A stretch of DNA of 43,321 bases, taken from positions 1 to 43,321 of the forward strand of contig JASFEO010000010.1 in assembly GCA_050124795.1 (NCBI GenBank). The letters run 5' to 3'. Below, piece after piece: positions 1 to 9,678 of the stretch. Within the stretch, counting starts at the first letter, position 1, and each line of letters opens with the position of its first letter. A program made the position numbers and the translations under genes. The notes beneath the pieces were generated by a model. It saw only the letters and a program-made list of their open reading frames with translations, was not told where the DNA came from and ran no database searches. The stretch is from Candidatus Pacearchaeota archaeon (GTDB lineage Archaea > Nanobdellota > Nanobdellia > Pacearchaeales > GW2011-AR1).

Positions 1-57
1 AAGCGAAAGACATTTATTTGAGAATGTTTTTATTACATTTCTCATGTATCTATGAGT

Positions 58-78
58 AAGTAGGGCTTTGCCCTACTT
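58..78. terminator. Perfect 9-bp hairpin, possible terminator or 3' end structure of an upstream gene
   Basis: AAGTAGGGC-TTT-GCCCTACTT followed by AT/T-rich sequence. Confidence 0.45.
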
Positions 79-171
79 TAATATTTCTTTAAATTTTAGA
101 ATTACGAATTTTCATCGGAGATACTGTCTTAAACCAAAAACTCTAAATAGTCTTTTTATTATTTTATTTCA

Positions 172-477
172 ATGGAATTAAAAATCGGACATGCCCCGCC
201 TTTGTTTGCGCATGAAGTTGCAGTCTCAACTGTTTACAGAGGAGAAAAAACAAAAACAGGAAAACTAAAAAAAGAAGCATGCACAGAATTGATTTTTTTC
301 GACGGATTAAAAAAGCAGTCAATTGCAAGAATTGTTTTGCCGCAAAGCACACTTAAAAATTTGCCAAAAATGATTGAAGAGAATATTAAGAATACAAAAA
401 AAGAATTAAAAAATAAGGAACTTCCTAAAAAACCAAAAGTTGAAACAACAACTAATAATGCCTCTTATGTAGGATAG
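172..477 (+). CDS. Hypothetical protein
   Basis: 101-aa ORF with ATG start and upstream TATA-like element; no recognised motif. Confidence 0.7.
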   Translation: MELKIGHAPPLFAHEVAVSTVYRGEKTKTGKLKKEACTELIFFDGLKKQSIARIVLPQSTLKNLPKMIEENIKNTKKELKNKELPKKPKVETTTNNASYVG

Positions 478-531
478 TGCTTCGCAATACTGTTGAGATA
501 AATTTATTAATAGTTTTTCATAAAAATATTT

Positions 532-1047
532 ATGGCAACAAAAGCTTTAGTCTTAATTGACTTTGAAAATGAATGGATTGACAAAGATTCAGAATATTTT
601 GTTGGGGATATTTCAGAGGTGATTAACAGGACAAACAAATTAATTGATTTTTGCAGAAAGGAAAATTATAAAATTATTTTCTCAAGGCATATTGAAAAAG
701 ATTCTGAAGAAGCATTTATGAAAGGAGGTCGAAATGTTGAACTGATTAATGAAATTAAGAATGATGAAGATGATGTGATAATTACAAAAAATAAAATCAG
801 TCTGTTTTTCAAAACAAATATGGAAGAAGAACTTTCAGGAATTAAAGAAGTTGTTGTTTGCGGAATTTTAACAAACTTGTGTGTGAGAAGTTTTGTTGAA
901 GAAGCATATGATAGGGATTTTGAAATTAAAGTAATAAAAGACTGTTGCGTTGCAATGGACGAAGAAACTCAGGAATTTACATTTAAAGATTTAAAAAATA
1001 CAAGAGAAGAAATTGAGTTTTTGGAATTGGGGGAGTTTGTTAAATAA
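532..1047 (+). CDS. Isochorismatase-family cysteine hydrolase (nicotinamidase-like)
   Basis: ALVLIDFENEW, ITKN and VVCGILTNLCV motifs (D-K-C triad). Confidence 0.9.
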   Translation: MATKALVLIDFENEWIDKDSEYFVGDISEVINRTNKLIDFCRKENYKIIFSRHIEKDSEEAFMKGGRNVELINEIKNDEDDVIITKNKISLFFKTNMEEELSGIKEVVVCGILTNLCVRSFVEEAYDRDFEIKVIKDCCVAMDEETQEFTFKDLKNTREEIEFLELGEFVK

Positions 1048-1127
1048 TTTTTTTGCAAAATAAAATGGAAGAATAAACAGATAATCTGTAAGCAATCATT
1101 TTAAAAAACTTATTACATTAAATTTAA

Positions 1128-1724
1128 ATGGAAAAAGAGATTCTTTATTTTGGATATGGGGCGAATGCTCATAAAGATATGATTAGGGCTTTAATTGGAA
1201 GGGCCCCAAAAGGATTCAGAGCAAAGCTGAAAAATTATGGATTATTTGTTCAGTCATGGAAAGATATTCCTTCTTCTGTTAGAGAAATACTTGGGAATGT
1301 TTGGGGTACTAATTTTAATTCTTATATTGCAATTCCTCTAAAAGGCGCAACTACTTGGGGGACTGCATGGAAGATTACAAGAACTGAAAGAAATATAATC
1401 GGGGAATGGGAGTTTCATAATAAATGGTTTACTCCGGTTAATATAAATATTGAAGATGAAAAAGGGAAAACCTTCGGGGCTGAGACAGAAATTATTTTAA
1501 ATTTTAAGCCGAGGGAACCATTAGTCAATAAAAAATCTTATCCTTTTTTTGTAACTAACAAAAAAGAAATTTTAAAAGTTGCTCGAAAAGTTAGAAAGAA
1601 ATTTTTAGAATCTATAAATAAATTAAAGGGGGTAAGAGAGACCGGGGTTAAGAAAAATGAGCGAGATATTGAAAAGGGGATTTCGCCATCATGCTGCTCT
1701 TTTGGTCTCTCTTTTGGTTTTTGA
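1128..1724 (+). CDS. Gamma-glutamylcyclotransferase (AIG2-like) family protein
   Basis: N-terminal LYFGYGAN motif; the C-terminal ~35 aa run through a structured GC-richer element and may not be part of the domain. Confidence 0.7.
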   Translation: MEKEILYFGYGANAHKDMIRALIGRAPKGFRAKLKNYGLFVQSWKDIPSSVREILGNVWGTNFNSYIAIPLKGATTWGTAWKITRTERNIIGEWEFHNKWFTPVNINIEDEKGKTFGAETEIILNFKPREPLVNKKSYPFFVTNKKEILKVARKVRKKFLESINKLKGVRETGVKKNERDIEKGISPSCCSFGLSFGF

Positions 1725-1928
1725 GGGGTTGTTTTTTGAATAGAGTATATCTTATTCGATATAAAATATATAGAAAAAAATACTTTATAAAGCACATGAA
1801 AGAAAAATATAGAGGATAAATCTATAAATATTCCTTTGGAAGAAAATAAAATCATCCTAAAATTAACCAATATAGAGATAGATTTCAAGTATATAAAACT
1901 TTAAATAAGGAGGATTTTTCAAAATTTT

Positions 1929-2618
1929 ATGCATGAACTTATTTTAGCAAACAAGGAAATTTTCAAGATTGCTTATGCGCTTGTAATTGGTTTTGTGTGC
2001 GCGTTTATAGTTTTTCGAACTGACAGATTGTTTCACTTAAGTTTTCATAATGGAATTAGGTATTTTCGAAATGCATTCTTTTTTTATGGAATTGCGTTTT
2101 TTGTAAGATATATTTTGGGCGCGCCGATTTTAATTGATTTTGTCGGAGGGAAATATTCAAGTCTTGTTAATTTTGTGTTTGAATTTTTTCTTGTAATGGC
2201 GGGATTTTTTTTATTATATAGTTTGTTATGGAAGAGGATTGAAAAAGAAAACGAAGACCATTACACGTCGCTATTAAACAGGAGAATATTTTTGTTTTAT
2301 GTTATGAGCGCAATAATTGCAGTTCTTGATTTTCTTTGGGCAACTTATTCAGTTATGTTTGTTTCACAGGTTGCGCTTTTCTTTTTTGCAAGTTTGATAA
2401 GTTATAATAATTATATAAAAAAAGGAGGAAAGAGGAGATTCTTGAAATTTTATTTTTTGGCAATGGTTTTGAGTTTTCTTGCATGGCTTGGAAATACTTT
2501 TGCTGCGCTTTATTTTAATTGGGATAAAAATATAATTGTCGGAGTTTATTTGTCAAATATAATTATTTTCTTATTGTTTTTATATGGGGTTGTAAAAATA
2601 ACTAGGAGAAGTGGTTAG
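1929..2618 (+). CDS. Polytopic membrane protein (~7 TM)
   Basis: Multiple hydrophobic helices; TTTAAATA at 1900-1907, 21 nt before ATG. Confidence 0.8.
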   Translation: MHELILANKEIFKIAYALVIGFVCAFIVFRTDRLFHLSFHNGIRYFRNAFFFYGIAFFVRYILGAPILIDFVGGKYSSLVNFVFEFFLVMAGFFLLYSLLWKRIEKENEDHYTSLLNRRIFLFYVMSAIIAVLDFLWATYSVMFVSQVALFFFASLISYNNYIKKGGKRRFLKFYFLAMVLSFLAWLGNTFAALYFNWDKNIIVGVYLSNIIIFLLFLYGVVKITRRSG

Positions 2619-2621
2619 AAA

Positions 2622-2897
2622 ATGGCAAAAAAACGGGAGCGGCTTGACATCATAAAGGATATTTTAAATGTTATAATGAAGAGCAGGAATAATATAAAAC
2701 CAACGAGGCTGTTGTATTCGTCGAATTTGTCGCCGCAGATGTTTAAGGAATATGTAAATGAATTAGTTTCAAAGGGTTTTATTAAATTTGAAATTGACAA
2801 GAATGACAAGAAAACTTTTCAGTTGACAAAAAAGGGACAGGATTTTTTAATTGAATATAAAGTAATTGAGAATTTTATTGAGAATTTTGGGTTGTGA
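2622..2897 (+). CDS. Winged helix-turn-helix transcriptional regulator (archaeal HTH_45-like)
   Basis: KRERLDIIKDIL...KPTRLLYSSNLS...YVNELVSKGFI...FQLTKKG pattern. Confidence 0.85.
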   Translation: MAKKRERLDIIKDILNVIMKSRNNIKPTRLLYSSNLSPQMFKEYVNELVSKGFIKFEIDKNDKKTFQLTKKGQDFLIEYKVIENFIENFGL

Positions 2898-2984
2898 AAA
2901 TCCTCACCTTGTTCGGAAGGTAATTTAATTTTCCAAAACCCTTAAATAGTTTATTTAGATTCTTAATATAAAAGGAGGTTAAAA

Positions 2985-3434
2985 ATGTTTGAAGAATTTT
3001 GTCCTGATTGCAGTTCAGTGGAACAAATTTTTTTAGGAGGCATGTTCGGGGGGCTTCTTGCTTTTGGGATTGTATTTGCGATTTTACTTGTTCTTGGACT
3101 TTATGTTTACACTGCATATTCGTGGATGACTATTGCAAGAAAACTGAAATACAAAAAGTCATACCTAGCATGGATTCCTATTGCGAATATTTCCATGATT
3201 TTACAATTAGGAGGATTTCATTGGGCATGGGTATTTTTGATATTTATTCCAATTCTTGGATGGATTGCATTATTTGTATTAATGATAATTACAACATGGA
3301 GAATTTTCGAGAAAAGAAAATATCCTGGATGGTTTAGTTTGTCGAGCATAATTCCAAAGATTGGAGGAATTTTGTATTTAGTTGTAATTGGGTTTGTTGC
3401 ATTTAAAGACAGGAAAAAACCTATTAAGTTTTAA
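2985..3434 (+). CDS. Membrane protein (DUF5684/DUF805-like)
   Basis: IARKL...LAWIPIAN motif, about 4 TM helices, SD GGAGGT. Confidence 0.75.
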   Translation: MFEEFCPDCSSVEQIFLGGMFGGLLAFGIVFAILLVLGLYVYTAYSWMTIARKLKYKKSYLAWIPIANISMILQLGGFHWAWVFLIFIPILGWIALFVLMIITTWRIFEKRKYPGWFSLSSIIPKIGGILYLVVIGFVAFKDRKKPIKF

Positions 3435-3452
3435 CTTTTTTATTTTTTTATT

Positions 3453-4475
3453 TTATAAAATTTCATAAACATTTATTTTTTTAGAAAATCCTTTTAAAAT
3501 TTTTTTTCCAAAAAATCTTTTTTTGAAATTCTTTGCATTGTCTATTGTAGTTTTATCGACAAGTATTTGGTTTTTTCCTGCAAGGGAAGTTAATCTGGAA
3601 GCTAAATTTACTTTTTTTCCAATAAATGTAAAACTCATAAATTCATTATGTCCGACATTTCCTGAAACAACTTTTCCTGAAGCAATGCCTATTGACAGGC
3701 CTCCTTTTTCATGAAGATGCTTTTTAAAAAAAGGTTTTGCTGTTTTCATCATTAATTTGGCAGTTTTTATTGCTCTGGCTGCGTGGTCTTTTTGCTCAAA
3801 CGGGCTTCCAAACACCACCATGAGTTCATCGCCGATTATATCACTTACAGTTCCCTTCATTTTTATTGCGATTGGAATTAATGCTCCAAAGACATCATTT
3901 AAAAATTCAACTGTTTTTTCTGCAGGAACTTTATTTGTAAATTCTGTAAATTTATTTAAGTCAGCAAATAAAATTGTGCAGTTGTGCTTTTCACCCAAGA
4001 GAACATCTTTTGATTTGTCCTCAAGAACTTTTTTCATTACTTCCTCGCCGAGATATCGTCTGAAAGTTTTCCTCAGCCCGATTGAATCATATTCATATTT
4101 AAATCTTCCATCGAGAATAGTTTCTAAATTTTCAAGTATTTCGTCGGGGTGTTTTTTTAAATCAGTTCCGCGCAAATAAACTACTCCAAAAACTTCTCTT
4201 CTGATTTTAATTGGGATTGCAATTTTTTTATTTTTAAAAACAAATTTCCCTTCATGAAAACATTGCCGGATTAATTTATTATCTTTTCTTTTAATTTTTG
4301 AAATCTCTTTTAATTTTTTATCCAATGGATCTTTGATTAATATTGCCCCGCCTTTTGCATTTGTCTTTTTAATTGCCAATCTAAGAATTTTTTTACATGC
4401 AACAGATAATTCAGAATTAAAATCAACAAAAAAATCTACTTTCTTTATAAGCCACAATCCATCCTCTTTTGACAT
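3453..4475 (-). CDS. Class III adenylate/guanylate cyclase with N-terminal GAF-like domain
   Basis: TILFADLNKFT, IIGDELMVVFG, SIGIASG, VNLASRL motifs; N-terminal IAIPIKIRREVFGVVYL is GAF-like. Confidence 0.9.
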   Translation of the reverse strand: MSKEDGLWLIKKVDFFVDFNSELSVACKKILRLAIKKTNAKGGAILIKDPLDKKLKEISKIKRKDNKLIRQCFHEGKFVFKNKKIAIPIKIRREVFGVVYLRGTDLKKHPDEILENLETILDGRFKYEYDSIGLRKTFRRYLGEEVMKKVLEDKSKDVLLGEKHNCTILFADLNKFTEFTNKVPAEKTVEFLNDVFGALIPIAIKMKGTVSDIIGDELMVVFGSPFEQKDHAARAIKTAKLMMKTAKPFFKKHLHEKGGLSIGIASGKVVSGNVGHNEFMSFTFIGKKVNLASRLTSLAGKNQILVDKTTIDNAKNFKKRFFGKKILKGFSKKINVYEIL

Positions 4476-4582
4476 TTTAAATAAAGGAGAACTTGTGTTT
4501 TAAATTTTTGCAATAAGAAAATTTGTTCTAACTACTTTCTTTGAATATAAATCTTAATAAATGCTTTATTTTTGTTTTTTTT

Positions 4583-6328
4583 ATGGTGAGGTATGATATT
4601 AATACAATTAAAAAAGCATGCAATATTATCGATGTTATAAGCGAGCATGTAGTCTTAAGAAGATCCGGGGGGAATTATTTTGGATTATGCCCTTTTCACG
4701 AGGAGAAAACTCCTTCCTTTTCTGTAAATCCTGAGAAACAAATTTATCATTGTTTTGGATGCCAAACTGGAGGAGATGTTATCGGGTTTGTTATGAATAA
4801 TGAAGGATTAAATTTTCCAGAGGCGCTTGAACAACTTGCTAATAGGGGGGGGATTCAGCCAAATTATACAGGCAAAGAAAATAAAGAAATAATTTCCAAA
4901 AAAAATAATCTTTATGCTATTCTTGAAGAGGCCTGTGTTTTTTTCCAGACAAAGTTTTCTAAATCGCCTGCAGAAAAATATGCAATTAATAGAAAAATAA
5001 ATGAAGATGCAATAGCTCACTTCAGACTTGGTTATGCCCCGGACAGTTGGGATAACTTAGGAAATTATCTTTCCGGAAATTTTAACCCTCAAGATATCGA
5101 AGAAGCAGGGCTTATTATCCCGAGAAAAACTTCAGGACATTATGACAGATTCAGGAACAAACTAATGTTCCCGATTTCGGATAATCAGGGAAGAATAATT
5201 GGATTTGCAGGAAGGGCGCTTGAGGATTCAAAACAAAAATATACAAACACTCCTGAGACTTCAGTTTTCCAAAAAAGAAAAATTTTATATGGGTTGGATG
5301 GCGCGCGCAAAGAATTGAAAAAAAAAGAAAAATTATTTGTTGTCGAGGGTTACACTGATGTAATCCAGCCTTGGCAGAACGGATTTAAGACTTTTGTTGC
5401 AACAGGAGGGACTGCATTTTCAAGAGACCATGTAGAAATGATAAATGAGCTTGCAAAAAGATTTGACAGCCTTGAAACAATTCTTTGTTTTGACGGAGAT
5501 TCCGCAGGAAGGAGCGCGGCAGCAAGGGCAGTTGGAATTGCAATCCATGAGACTGATAATTTAAAAGTTTGCTCATTTCCCAACGGAGAAGACCCGGCAG
5601 GAGTTTTAGAAAAAGGAGGGAAAAAGATTTTTGAAAAAACATTAAATTCCGCGGGGGATGGTTTTGATTTTTGCCTTGATTATTATTCAGATGGGAGGAA
5701 CATGGATATAGTCTCAAACAAAATGGGATTATTGAACAGAACCCCTGTCAGAGAAATTGTCTGCAATCAGCATCCGAGAAAACAGGAAATTTTTATTTCT
5801 GTCCTGGCTGAAAAACTCAAACTCACAAAAGACAATATTAGGGATTTTTTAGAAATAGGTTCTACACAAATTTACAAACCCCTAAATCCTAAAAACTTTA
5901 GTTCGCAGGAATCTATGTTAAGGGAAATTTTCGCAAATGATTCTGAAACAATTATGAAATTTTTGCAGAGTCTTGAAATAGGGCAGGAATATTTCAAGGG
6001 GGTTTGCAGGAAAATTTTTGAATGTCTTTCTGAAGACAATGGAGACTTATCCGACCATGTCCAAATGCCGCTTTTTGAAAACAGCCTTAAAAATACACTC
6101 CTCGCTAAATTAAATCAAAAAGGAGTTTCTTACAAAAGCGCTGAAAGAAGCATTGAAAAATTATTTGACAGGCTTCCAAAACCTTCTCAAAAAAGATTAG
6201 AACTTGCTGTTGCAAATTTGGTTACTCAGGAATCTTTATATCACGAGCAAAAGTTTTTGAGAAAAGGCGGGTCACTTGTTGATTTTCTGAGAATTAAAAA
6301 AGAAGGGATGGAAAATTTAAAAAGATGA
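4583..6328 (+). CDS. dnaG: Bacterial-type DNA primase DnaG (CHC2 Zn finger + Toprim)
   Basis: GLCPFHEEKTPSF...HCFGC; YDRFRNKLMFPI; VVEGYTDV; CFDGDSAG; start moved to ATG 4583. Confidence 0.92.
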   Translation: MVRYDINTIKKACNIIDVISEHVVLRRSGGNYFGLCPFHEEKTPSFSVNPEKQIYHCFGCQTGGDVIGFVMNNEGLNFPEALEQLANRGGIQPNYTGKENKEIISKKNNLYAILEEACVFFQTKFSKSPAEKYAINRKINEDAIAHFRLGYAPDSWDNLGNYLSGNFNPQDIEEAGLIIPRKTSGHYDRFRNKLMFPISDNQGRIIGFAGRALEDSKQKYTNTPETSVFQKRKILYGLDGARKELKKKEKLFVVEGYTDVIQPWQNGFKTFVATGGTAFSRDHVEMINELAKRFDSLETILCFDGDSAGRSAAARAVGIAIHETDNLKVCSFPNGEDPAGVLEKGGKKIFEKTLNSAGDGFDFCLDYYSDGRNMDIVSNKMGLLNRTPVREIVCNQHPRKQEIFISVLAEKLKLTKDNIRDFLEIGSTQIYKPLNPKNFSSQESMLREIFANDSETIMKFLQSLEIGQEYFKGVCRKIFECLSEDNGDLSDHVQMPLFENSLKNTLLAKLNQKGVSYKSAERSIEKLFDRLPKPSQKRLELAVANLVTQESLYHEQKFLRKGGSLVDFLRIKKEGMENLKR

Positions 6329-7803
6329 AGAAGAATAAAGAAGAAAAGAAAGGGGAATATCTCATAAGGAAAAATAATAAGGGGTACATGATACATGGAC
6401 CAAAACTAAGAAAAAAAGGAGAATGGTGCCCGAACGCAAAAGTTATTCTTGAAAGATATAAATCCAGAGGAGCAGATAATTTAGCAAGTAAATGGATAAG
6501 GCTAATGGGGATTATACATTCCGGGGAGTATAACCTCCCAAAAGGAAGAGAGGCGCTTAATCTAAAAAATCCCTCGCAGTATGTAACTAAAGAAGAAATT
6601 ATCCAAACAATTAAAGAATATTGGCCGGAAGAAGATGTGAATAAATTTCTCGACGGAAAATGCATTGAGATAAATAGCCCGGGAAATTTCGCATTAAAAT
6701 ATGAAAGAGTTTATAGGTCTCTTATGAGAAATAAAAAATGGAAAAAAATCGGAGGATTAAGAGGCTTTATTGATGAAGTTGTTTATCCCGGACTTAAATT
6801 TTATGAAAAATTGACCGGAAGAGAATTTGTTGTGGATGATTGTTCTGTTGATGGTCCGAGGCTTGAGAAAAAAATTATTTGCAGGAGCAACAAAGGTTTA
6901 TTATTGGGTAAAAGTCTGTCAAGGTCACCTGATCCTCATGAAAGAAAAATCGGAAGGCAAATTAATAAATTAACAAAAATAGTAAATCAATCAATTGCAA
7001 AACAAGGATGGACAAAGAAACCAGAGCCCCATGAAATTAAAAGAATAGCGCGGAGTATTAGAGATTATAAAATCGAAATTGCGGATTCATTGCCTGATAA
7101 AAAAATAAAAATCACGCGCGCAGATTTAATCAACAGTTTCACAGGTCTTGAAAAAAATGATATTGAGATTGGCAATATGAAAAAGAGAATTAGCAATTTA
7201 AGCGAGGATATAAATGAATTTCTTTTTAGATGGGCAAGATTAGCAGATTATGAATTACCGTCGTTTATTTCATCAAGAAAAATTTACAGAGATAAAGAAA
7301 TCATGTCTTTTCAATCAGGCGAGAATGGAAATTCATGCGCAGATTTAAGAATTGGAAACCAGCCTATTGAAGTAAAAAACCTAAGAGAAAAATTTAGAAT
7401 GGGAGCATTAAATAAAATCTTTAAAATTTATTCTCACGGAAGTAAATGGAATTCAGGCGAAGATTTAGAAAATTTAACAATGGTCTTTTTCATGAATCCA
7501 GATTTTTATGAAGAATCCCTTCCTGATTTTGAAAAAAGAGGAATTAATTATATAACTTATCCTGAATTAAAAAAATCACTTAAAGAGTTAACAGGAATTT
7601 TAAAATCAGATTGGGCAAATGAATTGGGGGGTGTTTTTCCAAAGTTTAACAACTTGTCTTATATTGTCGACTATGCTGAAGAGATTGCCCTAAATCCAGC
7701 TCTGCTCATTCGCTCAGGCAACAAAGAAAGAAAAGAATTTTGCAGGAAATCTGTAAGGGCATTAATTAAAAGGGCAAAGGGGATTGAAGAAAATGAGTCT
7801 TGA
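6325..7803 (+). CDS. Hypothetical protein with putative C-terminal PD-(D/E)XK nuclease domain
   Basis: ADLRIGNQPIEVKN resembles D...ExK; ATGA overlap with dnaG. Confidence 0.55.
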   Translation: MKKNKEEKKGEYLIRKNNKGYMIHGPKLRKKGEWCPNAKVILERYKSRGADNLASKWIRLMGIIHSGEYNLPKGREALNLKNPSQYVTKEEIIQTIKEYWPEEDVNKFLDGKCIEINSPGNFALKYERVYRSLMRNKKWKKIGGLRGFIDEVVYPGLKFYEKLTGREFVVDDCSVDGPRLEKKIICRSNKGLLLGKSLSRSPDPHERKIGRQINKLTKIVNQSIAKQGWTKKPEPHEIKRIARSIRDYKIEIADSLPDKKIKITRADLINSFTGLEKNDIEIGNMKKRISNLSEDINEFLFRWARLADYELPSFISSRKIYRDKEIMSFQSGENGNSCADLRIGNQPIEVKNLREKFRMGALNKIFKIYSHGSKWNSGEDLENLTMVFFMNPDFYEESLPDFEKRGINYITYPELKKSLKELTGILKSDWANELGGVFPKFNNLSYIVDYAEEIALNPALLIRSGNKERKEFCRKSVRALIKRAKGIEENES

Positions 7804-8608
7804 AGAATTAACAGACGGAAAAATCATGTTGCACAAGGGCAGAGAATTTTTCTATGTTGAAAAGGAGATTTCTGGACTTGAAGAAGCAGGAGAAGTTTTG
7901 CCGGCGTATATTGAAAAAATTGATATTAATATTTTAAAAAATAAACTGCATTTATTTAATGGCAATGGAGAAACCGATCTTTTCTTTTTTGATATTGAGA
8001 CTTACGGAAGAGGAAACAATGCTCCGGTAATTTCAATTTCTTATTCTTCAGGGATTAATCCAAAAAAAGTTTCCTGTATCTTTGCAAGAGATTTTACTGA
8101 AGAGAAATTTATCCTGGATTATTTTTGCAATAAAGTTTTTCCAATGGATAAAAAAATATTAACTTACAACGGGAGTTTTGATTTTTCAAGAATGAACATG
8201 CGAAATTTTAATAACGGAATTATTATCGTGGGATACAAACACGGAAATTTATCACAGATTGCAAATTCAAAACATTTTGATTTGTATCTTAAATTAGCAA
8301 GGCCTTGTTGGAAAAAAGAACTTCCGAAACTCAGGTTAGAAGTTGTTGAAAAACATAAATTAAAATTATTTAGAAAAGATGATTTGCCGGGCAAGAAAAT
8401 TATGCCTGCGTATTATGAGTATGTTTATGGAAAAGAAAAAGACAGGTATTTAACTGACCCTGAAACAGAAAAGAGAAAAGTAGTAAGAGGAAGAAAAATT
8501 CCCCCGGAAAAAACAGAGGAAAAAATGAAAAGACTGATAAATCATAATTTGATAGATGTTGCAAGTCTTCCTGCGATTCTTGGAAAATATTGCGAGGAAA
8601 ATAAATGA
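7793..8608 (+). CDS. RNase H-like DEDD 3'-5' exonuclease (YprB/RNase_H_2-like)
   Basis: FFFDIETYG, LTYNGSFDF, HFDLY, HNLIDV motifs. Confidence 0.82.
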   Translation: MSLEELTDGKIMLHKGREFFYVEKEISGLEEAGEVLPAYIEKIDINILKNKLHLFNGNGETDLFFFDIETYGRGNNAPVISISYSSGINPKKVSCIFARDFTEEKFILDYFCNKVFPMDKKILTYNGSFDFSRMNMRNFNNGIIIVGYKHGNLSQIANSKHFDLYLKLARPCWKKELPKLRLEVVEKHKLKLFRKDDLPGKKIMPAYYEYVYGKEKDRYLTDPETEKRKVVRGRKIPPEKTEEKMKRLINHNLIDVASLPAILGKYCEENK

Positions 8609-8799
8609 CAATCCCCAAAATTTTAAAACTTGATACAATGGTCACAACAAAAGGAATACAGGGGGAAATTTTAATTGAAGCCAAATGTCCTTATTGTGAT
8701 TATGAAGAACAATTTAAAATTATCCCGACAAAAGACGGAGATTTAATTAGTGATGAAACTTGCGGAAACTGCGGACTGGATTATATAGTCCAGAAATAA
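8605..8799 (+). CDS. Small zinc-ribbon protein
   Basis: CPYC...CGNC; ATGA overlap with upstream gene. Confidence 0.7.
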   Translation: MTIPKILKLDTMVTTKGIQGEILIEAKCPYCDYEEQFKIIPTKDGDLISDETCGNCGLDYIVQK

Positions 8800-8808
8800 A
8801 ATAAAAAT

Positions 8809-9678
8809 TTATTTTAAAAATCTTTTTTTATTTTTCAAAGCATAAATTAAAATTAATAAAACCAGGACTAAAACAGAGACTGAAGTTTTTGGATATCTCT
8901 TTGTAATGCCTGGCTTGCAATCTTGGGGACATGTTTTGTAATTTTCATTATTGCCGCATACTCTGTTTGAATTGCACATAGAAACAGATTCTATAAATGA
9001 ATTTTTTGAAAGAACTGCAAACTGAGAAGTTTTAGTGACAGTTGGATAATCCTGCTTAGTTGCAATAACTTTTAATTCATAAATTCCTGTTTTTTCAGCT
9101 ATCATTGAGTATGGCAAAGTAATTTGTTTTATTGATTTATCAGGATAAGTTAGCACAGCTGCAACTTCAACACCGCCGACATCAGCATTATAATTCAAAT
9201 TCACAGTTTCTCCTATAATGAAACTTTTTGACTTTTGCATTAATGCGCTGTCTTTTGAAGAAACCAAATTCACATGCAAAGGATTTAATGCTCCTGCAAG
9301 GTAAAATGATTTTGAAGATTTGCTAATCAGTTTGTAATCATCTGAATTAAGAAGCCTTATTCTCATTTGATATGCTCCATTGAAAACAAGTTCATTAGTT
9401 GAAAGTTCGTAACTGACTGTTTCTGATTCTTCAGGGGCAAGTTTAATGTATTTAACAAAATTCCTCGGGACAGAGGCTTCAGGATTATTTGAATAAAGTT
9501 CTATTTCCAAAATCCAGTTTACAGGAACTTCTTTTTCATTTGTTATTAAAGACGTTGTTGTGATTTTATCATTAAGTTCATAAGTTGTTTTGTCGAGGCT
9601 AGTTGTCAGACTTTGTGAACTTATAATTCCAATTAGTGAAATCATTATTAAGACTGCAAAGGATATTTTTATTTTCAT
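8809..9678 (-). CDS. Surface protein (signal peptide, beta-rich domains, Cys-rich motif, C-terminal TM anchor)
   Basis: N-terminal signal; CNSNRVCGNNENYKTCPQDC; C-terminal hydrophobic helix followed by KNKKRFLK. Confidence 0.8.
   Translation of the reverse strand: MKIKISFAVLIMISLIGIISSQSLTTSLDKTTYELNDKITTTSLITNEKEVPVNWILEIELYSNNPEASVPRNFVKYIKLAPEESETVSYELSTNELVFNGAYQMRIRLLNSDDYKLISKSSKSFYLAGALNPLHVNLVSSKDSALMQKSKSFIIGETVNLNYNADVGGVEVAAVLTYPDKSIKQITLPYSMIAEKTGIYELKVIATKQDYPTVTKTSQFAVLSKNSFIESVSMCNSNRVCGNNENYKTCPQDCKPGITKRYPKTSVSVLVLVLLILIYALKNKKRFLK

Noticed and set aside
1-59. Possible 3' end of an upstream gene or transposase (AKDIYLRMFLLHFSCIYE*)
   Set aside because: Too short to assign; no recognisable terminal inverted repeat
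1538-1888. 116-aa minus-strand ORF
   Set aside because: TTG start, overlaps GGCT, low-complexity translation of AT-rich intergenic DNA
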